A stretch of DNA of 58,828 nt from Gemmatimonadota bacterium. GTDB taxonomy: Bacteria; Gemmatimonadota; Gemmatimonadetes; Gemmatimonadales; GWC2-71-9. The notes beneath the pieces are model-generated. The model was not told where the DNA came from. It saw nothing but the letters and a program-made list of their open reading frames with translations, and searched no databases. A program made the position numbers and the translations under genes. The stretch is from NCBI GenBank assembly GCA_003221995.1, contig QHUR01000103.1, forward strand, positions 1-58,828, read 5' to 3'. How positions within the stretch are numbered: the first letter of the stretch is position 1; each line of letters starts with the position of its first letter. Positions 53,631-58,828 of this stretch are shown in pieces.

Positions 53631-55007
53631 ATGTCCAACGACATCGCAGCGACGCTGCGACGCTTCCGCAGCCCCGCCGTGCGCCAGAGCGGCGAGATGG
53701 ATCATCTCGTGCGGCAGGCGGTGTTCGGGACGCCGGAGGACCGGGACCAGGCGCGCTGGCTCATCTGGGAGATCGGGCAGCATGCGGGCGTCCGCCCGGC
53801 GTCGATCCACGAGCTGTATCTGGCCCGCGGCCGCGGCGAGGTGCGGGCCTTCACCACACCGGCGATCAACGTGCGCGTGCTCGCGTACGACTCCGGCCGC
53901 GCCGTGTTCCGGGCGGCCCGGCGGCTCGACGTGGGTGCCGTGATCTGCGAGATCGCACGCAGCGAGATCGGGTACACCGACCAGCGACCGGCGGAGTACG
54001 TCGCCGTGATGACGGCCGCGGCGCTGCGGGAGGGCTTCGCGGGGCCGCTCTTCATCCAGGGCGACCACGTGCAGGTAAACGCCAAGAAGTACGCGGCCGA
54101 CGCGGCATCCGAGCTCACCGCCATCCGCGCGCTCATCGAGGAGGAGCTCCACGCCGGGTTCTACAACATCGACGTCGACACCTCCACCCTGGTGGATCTC
54201 TCCAAGCCAAACCTCGACGAGCAGCAGCGCACGAACTACGAGCGTGCCGCGGAGCTGACCGCGTTCGTCCGAGACCGCCAGCCTCAGGACGTCACGGTCT
54301 CGGTTGGAGCCGAGATCGGCGAGGTGGGCGGGAAAAACTCCGATGTGCACGAGCTGCGGGCGTTCATGGCTGGCTACAACCGGACGTTGCAGCGTCTGGG
54401 GCGCTATGCGGGGATCAGCAAGATCTCCGTGCAGACGGGCACGAGTCACGGCGGGGTAGTGCTCCCCGACGGGTCGATGGCTAAGGTGCAGCTCGACCTG
54501 GAGGCGCTGCGGGCGCTCTCGCTCGAGGCGCGCACGGTGTACAACCTGGGCGGTGCGGTCCAGCACGGGGCCTCCACGCTCCCGCCGGACGCATTCGGGC
54601 ACTTCCCGGCCTGCGAAGCGATCGAGATTCATCTCGCGACGAACTTTCAGAACCTCGTATTTGACCACGCGCGGCTCCCCGCCGGTCTGCGGGCCGAGCT
54701 CAACGAGTGGGTGAAGGCCGAGTGCCAGGACGAGTGGAAGAAGGGCGATACCGAGCAGCAGTTCGTCTACAAGAGCCGCAAGAAGGCGATCGGACCGTTC
54801 AAGCGGCGGCTGTGGGATCTTCCCGAAGACGTGCGCGGCGCGATCGGCGCCGACCTCGAGCGGACGTTCGCGTTCCTGTTCGAGCAGCTGCGCGTGGCCG
54901 ACACGCGCGCCGTCGTGGACCGCCACGTGAGGCCGCCGCTGCAATCGCATGCCGCACCGCGGGCGGTGGCGGTCGCGGCGCCGGACGACCTGGAGGCGGG
55001 CGAATGA
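53631..55007 (+). CDS. Class II ketose-bisphosphate aldolase family protein (long form)
   Basis: 458-aa ORF with IQGDH, NIDVDTS and QTGTSHGG motifs of class II FBP/tagatose-BP aldolases. Confidence 0.75.
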   Translation: MSNDIAATLRRFRSPAVRQSGEMDHLVRQAVFGTPEDRDQARWLIWEIGQHAGVRPASIHELYLARGRGEVRAFTTPAINVRVLAYDSGRAVFRAARRLDVGAVICEIARSEIGYTDQRPAEYVAVMTAAALREGFAGPLFIQGDHVQVNAKKYAADAASELTAIRALIEEELHAGFYNIDVDTSTLVDLSKPNLDEQQRTNYERAAELTAFVRDRQPQDVTVSVGAEIGEVGGKNSDVHELRAFMAGYNRTLQRLGRYAGISKISVQTGTSHGGVVLPDGSMAKVQLDLEALRALSLEARTVYNLGGAVQHGASTLPPDAFGHFPACEAIEIHLATNFQNLVFDHARLPAGLRAELNEWVKAECQDEWKKGDTEQQFVYKSRKKAIGPFKRRLWDLPEDVRGAIGADLERTFAFLFEQLRVADTRAVVDRHVRPPLQSHAAPRAVAVAAPDDLEAGE

Positions 55008-55354
55008 GCGAGCGCGAGGGTGGCGCGGACAGCGCGGGCGGGGCGGGGTTCGGCGGGTTCCTGCTCGGCTTGGCCGTGGGGGCGGCGATCGGTTTCCTGT
55101 TCGCGCCCGAGGCCGGCAGCGGCTCGCGTCGTCGTCTGGCGGGCAAGCTGCGGGAGCTGCGTGACCTGGCGGCCGACAAGGCCGGACAGCTGGGTGAGCT
55201 GGTGGATGAGGCGCGCGCGGACGCCGAGGCCGTGTCCGTTGCGCGGGCGGAGATGAAGCGCCGGGTGCTCGACGCGCGCCGCCGCCGGCACGCCATCGGA
55301 GCGGCGCGCCGCGGCGGGGCGACGGCCGAGGAGGAGGACGAGCCGCTCGCGTGA
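55004..55354 (+). CDS. YtxH-like membrane-anchored protein
   Basis: 116 aa. GFLLGLAVGAAIGFLFAPEAGSGSRRRL followed by a charged helix. ATGA overlap upstream. It is the 3' part of track ORF 54707..55354. Confidence 0.7.
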   Translation: MSEREGGADSAGGAGFGGFLLGLAVGAAIGFLFAPEAGSGSRRRLAGKLRELRDLAADKAGQLGELVDEARADAEAVSVARAEMKRRVLDARRRRHAIGAARRGGATAEEEDEPLA

Positions 55355-56241
55355 GGCACGAGGGCGGCTGGCATCGGTCGGTCACCGGCGTCGTGCGGCG
55401 CACGTTGGAGGCGGCCTTCGAGGACAACATTCCCTTTCTGGCAAGCGCGCTCTCCTTCGACCTGCTCCTCACCACCCTCCCGTTCGTCATCCTGCTGCTC
55501 GCGGTCGTCGGCTACCTCGTCCAGCACCAGGTCACGACCCATCAGGTCCAGCTGCACGAGCTGCTCGCGCGCTTTCTGCCCAGCGGCGCGAGCGGCGGCG
55601 GCGTGGGCGCCTTCGAGCAGGTGGAGAGCGCGCTCGCCAGCATCGTCCGGCATCGCGGCCGGCTCACCCTGGTGGGGCTGCCGCTGTTTCTATGGTTCTC
55701 GACACGCCTCTTCGGGGGCCTGCGGGCAGCCCTCAACGAAGTCTTCGACACCGACGAGATCCGCTCCTGGCCGGTCGCCAAGCTCATCGACCTGACGATG
55801 GTGTTCGTCACCGGCGCCGTGCTGGTCGCGAACGCCCTGCTCGCAGCCTACGAGGCCCGGAACGCGGGGGTGGTGAGCGGCAGCTTCGCGCTGGACTGGT
55901 TCTGGCGCTTCAGCATGGAGACCGTGGCGTTCGCGCTCGGCATCCTGCTGTTCTTCCTGATCTTCAAGATCCTCCCCAGCCGGCGGATCCAGTGGCAGAC
56001 GGCGCTCGTCGCCGCCGTGTTCTGCTCGCTCGGCTTCGAGGTGGCGAAGCGGCTGTACGCGCTGTACGTGGCGAAGTTCGTCACCTTCGACCGCGTCGCT
56101 TCCGACGCGAACGTCGTGGCGCTGTTCCTGTTCCTGCTGTGGGTCTACTACACGGCCTACCTGTTCCTGCTCGGTGGTGAGGTGGCGGAGACCTATGACC
56201 TCGTCCGCATGCGCCGCAGCCAGCGGGTCCAGCTGGGATGA
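55351..56241 (+). CDS. YihY/BrkB-family membrane protein
   Basis: 296-aa polytopic ORF with [21 protein letters not shown] and the C-terminal [13 protein letters not shown] pattern. GTGA overlap upstream. Confidence 0.85.
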   Translation: MRHEGGWHRSVTGVVRRTLEAAFEDNIPFLASALSFDLLLTTLPFVILLLAVVGYLVQHQVTTHQVQLHELLARFLPSGASGGGVGAFEQVESALASIVRHRGRLTLVGLPLFLWFSTRLFGGLRAALNEVFDTDEIRSWPVAKLIDLTMVFVTGAVLVANALLAAYEARNAGVVSGSFALDWFWRFSMETVAFALGILLFFLIFKILPSRRIQWQTALVAAVFCSLGFEVAKRLYALYVAKFVTFDRVASDANVVALFLFLLWVYYTAYLFLLGGEVAETYDLVRMRRSQRVQLG

Positions 56242-57263
56242 CGGTCATCGACCTGCGCTCGGACACGGTGACCAAGCCGTCCACCGCGATGCGCCGTGCC
56301 ATCGCCGAGGCCGTGGTGGGCGACGACGTGCTCGATGGCGACCCCACCACGCGCCGCCTCGAGCAGCGCGTTGCAGAGCTCCTGGGGAAGGAGGACGCGC
56401 TGTTCTTCCCGTCGGGGACCCAGGCGAACCAGACCGGCATCGCGCTGCAGACGCGGCCCGGCACCGAGCTCATCCTCGAGGCCAACGCGCACCTGGTGCA
56501 TTACGAGCTCGCAGGCGTGGCGGCGCTCTCGGGGGCGCAGATCCGCCCCGTGGCCACGCCGGACGGCCTGCTGACGGGGGAGCTGGTGCGCGCGGCGCTG
56601 CGACCCGCCTCGCCTCACGTGCCGCGCGCCACAGCGGTCGCCGTGGAGAACACCCACAACGCGGCGGGCGGCAAGGTGATGCCGCCCGACGTCATGGCCG
56701 GAATCGCCACGGTGGCGACGCAGGCGGGGCTGGCGCTGCACCTCGACGGCGCGCGGCTCTGGAACGCCGCCGCCGCGACCGGCGTCCCGCTGACGCGCCT
56801 CGCCGCGGGGGCGGGGACGGTGATGGTGAGTTTCTCAAAGGGGCTGGGCTGTCCCGCGGGCTCATGCCTGGCCTTCCGCGCGGCGGACCGGGCGCTCGCC
56901 TGGGAGGTCCGCAAGCGCCTCGGCGGCGGGATGCGGCAGTCCGGCATTCTCGCCGCAGCGGCGCTGTACGCCCTCGATCACCATCTCGCACGGCTAGAGG
57001 AAGACCACGAGCACGCCAAGCTGTTTGCAGAGCGACTGTCCGACTGTCCGGCTGTCCGTCCTTCCGAACCTCAAACGAACATCGTGATGATCGATCTCGT
57101 GCGGGAACACGACACGGCGGACGCCGTGCTTCCCAAGCTCGCCCAGGCCGGCGTGCTGCTCGTCCCCTTCGGTCCGCGGCGGCTGCGGGCCGTCACCCAC
57201 CTGGACGTCGGCCGCGCCGACGTGGAGCGGGCGGCCTCGGTCGTGCGCCGCGTCCTCGGTTAG
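56238..57263 (+). CDS. ltaE: Low-specificity L-threonine aldolase
   Basis: 341-aa ORF with [25 protein letters not shown], and the PLP-lysine context SFSKGLG. ATGA overlap upstream. Confidence 0.9.
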   Translation: MTVIDLRSDTVTKPSTAMRRAIAEAVVGDDVLDGDPTTRRLEQRVAELLGKEDALFFPSGTQANQTGIALQTRPGTELILEANAHLVHYELAGVAALSGAQIRPVATPDGLLTGELVRAALRPASPHVPRATAVAVENTHNAAGGKVMPPDVMAGIATVATQAGLALHLDGARLWNAAAATGVPLTRLAAGAGTVMVSFSKGLGCPAGSCLAFRAADRALAWEVRKRLGGGMRQSGILAAAALYALDHHLARLEEDHEHAKLFAERLSDCPAVRPSEPQTNIVMIDLVREHDTADAVLPKLAQAGVLLVPFGPRRLRAVTHLDVGRADVERAASVVRRVLG

Positions 57264-57291
57264 GGCGCGCGACGGGGTCGGAGCATATCTT

Positions 57292-58828
57292 GTGGCTGTG
57301 GGCAAACCGTTCCCCCTCGCGCGCTCCATCCTGTGGCGACCCGCGAGCGGCGGACCTCCCCCCGCCGCGGACCTCGTCGACCCCCTGTTTTTCGGCCCGG
57401 CTGCGCTGGCGGCGCTCTACGACCACGTCGCGACGGTCGCCGCCGAGGCCGAAGCCAAGGGCGGCGGCGTCCTCGGATTCCTGATCGGCGACGTGGCCGA
57501 GGATCCGGAGACCGGTGCGCCCTACTTCGTGATCGACGCGTGCGTGCGGTTCAAGCAGCCGGTGTTCGGGGACCGCACGGGCGTCGTGGTGGAAAAGCTG
57601 TGGGATCCCGTGCAACGGCAGCTCGCCCGCAGCAAGGCGCGGCTGATCGGTTGGTACCACAGCCATCCGCCACGCGGCATCGAGCTCACGTCCGAGGACG
57701 TCTCGACCCACGAGCAGTTCTTCGACGAGTCGTGGCACGTGGCGCTCGTGCTGGGGACGCTCGATGACGAGCCGGCGGCCGGGTTCTACCGGCCCGGGAG
57801 CGAGTCCGGAACGGACGTGTACCTGCCGTTCTACGAGCTCTTGCAGGAGGACCCCCTCGTGCAGGGGGGCAAGAACCGCTCCACCGTCACGTGGAAGAAC
57901 TACCGCGCCGTCGACCCGAACGCGCCTGCTCCGAAAGAGCGCAGGAGCGGGCCCACACCGGAGCTCTCGCTCCCCACCTTGCCCTCGCTCGAGTCCTGGC
58001 ACGAGCCGGCGCACATGCCGGACCTGGGCGAGCCGACTGCTCCTCCTCTGAGCGACGAGGCTCCCGCGCCGCCCTTGCCCCCGCCGCCCCCGCCGCCCCC
58101 GCCGCCACGCGCACCGGCACGCCGCACGCCGCCTGAGCCCATTGCGCCCCCGACGTCTGACCTCCCCTTCTTGTCGCTCGAGGATACGGTGGCGGAAACC
58201 ATGGAGCAGGAAGCACCGCCACTCCCGCTTCCCCCTCCGCCGCCACCCGAGCTCCCTCCCGCGAAGCCGGAGCGCAGGAAGGTCAGGCGGCGGCGCGCGC
58301 TGCGCGTGCCCCGCGTGGTCTGGAAGGGAGCGATCGCCGTAGTCGTGGCGCTCGCGGCTGCGGGAGCCTACAGGCGCTTCGTTCACCTGACGCCCGCGCA
58401 GGTGGGTGACCGGATCGCGAAGGTCGCCGTCGGGCTCGCCGACCGCGCGGTTGCCCTGTTCGACCGTGCCGCGGCACTCGTGGCCCGTCCGGCTGCGCCG
58501 TCAGCCCGGCGCGCTGGGCCGCCGCCGCGCGCCGTCACGCCGGCGCCGCGGACGCCTGCTCCCCCGACTGGGGCGCCCGCTCCGACCACCCAGCCCGCCC
58601 AGCCCGCCCCCCCCTCGGCCTCCCCTCCGCCCCCGCCCCCGCCCCCGGCTCCCCGGCCCGCGGCGCAGAGACCGAAGCTCGACGTGGTGGCGGACTCGGT
58701 GGCGCGGGCGTTGCGCGGCTACCGGGGGCAGGCCGATCTGTTCACGCAGCGGCGCCTCGACTGTGCAGGGCTCGCTCGCGAACTGGCGGCGGTGGAGAGC
58801 CGCTGGCTCAGGTACAGCGCCGAGCGCC
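57292..58828 (+). CDS. JAB/MPN-domain protein with Pro-rich linkers and a TM segment (partial, runs off window end)
   Basis: Frame 1 stays open from GTG 57292 to the window end and is absent from the ORF track, presumably because it has no stop in the window. It has GWYHSHPPRGIELTSED (HxH-x7-T-x2-D, JAMM-like), PPLPPPPPPPPPP tracts, and the TM GAIAVVVALAAAGAY. My hand translation showed no stop. Confidence 0.7.
   Translation, partial: MAVGKPFPLARSILWRPASGGPPPAADLVDPLFFGPAALAALYDHVATVAAEAEAKGGGVLGFLIGDVAEDPETGAPYFVIDACVRFKQPVFGDRTGVVVEKLWDPVQRQLARSKARLIGWYHSHPPRGIELTSEDVSTHEQFFDESWHVALVLGTLDDEPAAGFYRPGSESGTDVYLPFYELLQEDPLVQGGKNRSTVTWKNYRAVDPNAPAPKERRSGPTPELSLPTLPSLESWHEPAHMPDLGEPTAPPLSDEAPAPPLPPPPPPPPPPRAPARRTPPEPIAPPTSDLPFLSLEDTVAETMEQEAPPLPLPPPPPPELPPAKPERRKVRRRRALRVPRVVWKGAIAVVVALAAAGAYRRFVHLTPAQVGDRIAKVAVGLADRAVALFDRAAALVARPAAPSARRAGPPPRAVTPAPRTPAPPTGAPAPTTQPAQPAPPSASPPPPPPPPAPRPAAQRPKLDVVADSVARALRGYRGQADLFTQRRLDCAGLARELAAVESRWLRYSAER

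Overview
Very GC-rich bacterial chromosomal segment (about 70% by eye, third codon positions almost all G/C). It holds about 60 protein genes. I found no rRNA or tRNA genes, no CRISPR array, and no transposase, integrase or phage genes. All calls come from reading the six-frame track and the DNA by eye; no database search was run.

Gene content:
- 1-8857 is the 3' part of the S10-spc ribosomal supercluster: rplV tail, rpsC, rplP, rpmC, rpsQ, rplN, rplX, rplE, rpsN, rpsH, rplF, rplR, rpsE, rpmD, rplO, secY, adk, map. Several r-proteins carry low-complexity N-terminal extensions. The cluster stops after map, with no infA, rpmJ, rpsM, rpsK, rpsD, rpoA or rplQ.
- Next come formimidoyltransferase-cyclodeaminase, an inositol monophosphatase and trpS, then a chain of overlapping unrelated genes (mgtC, 2-hydroxyacid dehydrogenase, pilT, DHDPS-family, M28 peptidase).
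- These are followed by purA, ypdA, glycerate kinase, glyQS, a zincin-like protein and hsp20.
- A five-gene operon follows: secreted beta-propeller, three small ORFs and an HDAC-like deacylase.
- Then dipeptide epimerase, priA, a LOR/SDH-like protein with pdaD, ccdA, a lipoprotein and ggt.
- murQ-anmK-nagZ form a peptidoglycan-recycling cluster.
- A Ser/Thr signalling locus follows: PP2C phosphatase, a double-FHA protein, a peptidase/PD40/Omp85 fusion outer-membrane protein, and a kinase with PEGA and TonB-C-like domains.
- Then a gamma-CA-like protein, nrdJ, two paralogous zinc-ribbon proteins flanking a MOSC gene, and marR-pyk.
- The window ends with an MBL hydrolase, a class II aldolase, ytxH, yihY, ltaE and a partial JAB/MPN membrane protein.

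I see no recognisable defence or mobile system. The least-explained signals are:
1. Five long hairpins whose arms are each built from 2-4 tandem heptamers. Two of them share the same GGGGAA-type sequence.
2. A recurrent TTGnnn-N16-19-TAnCTT promoter-like motif that often sits 6-11 nt from a start codon, implying leaderless genes. It also overlaps several ORF-track start codons.
3. The kinase/phosphatase/FHA/outer-membrane-fusion locus.
4. The zinc-ribbon paralog pair around the MOSC gene.
5. The small-ORF operon, which includes a ubiquitin-like-looking 91-aa protein.

Most long antisense ORFs in the track are GC-driven shadow frames.
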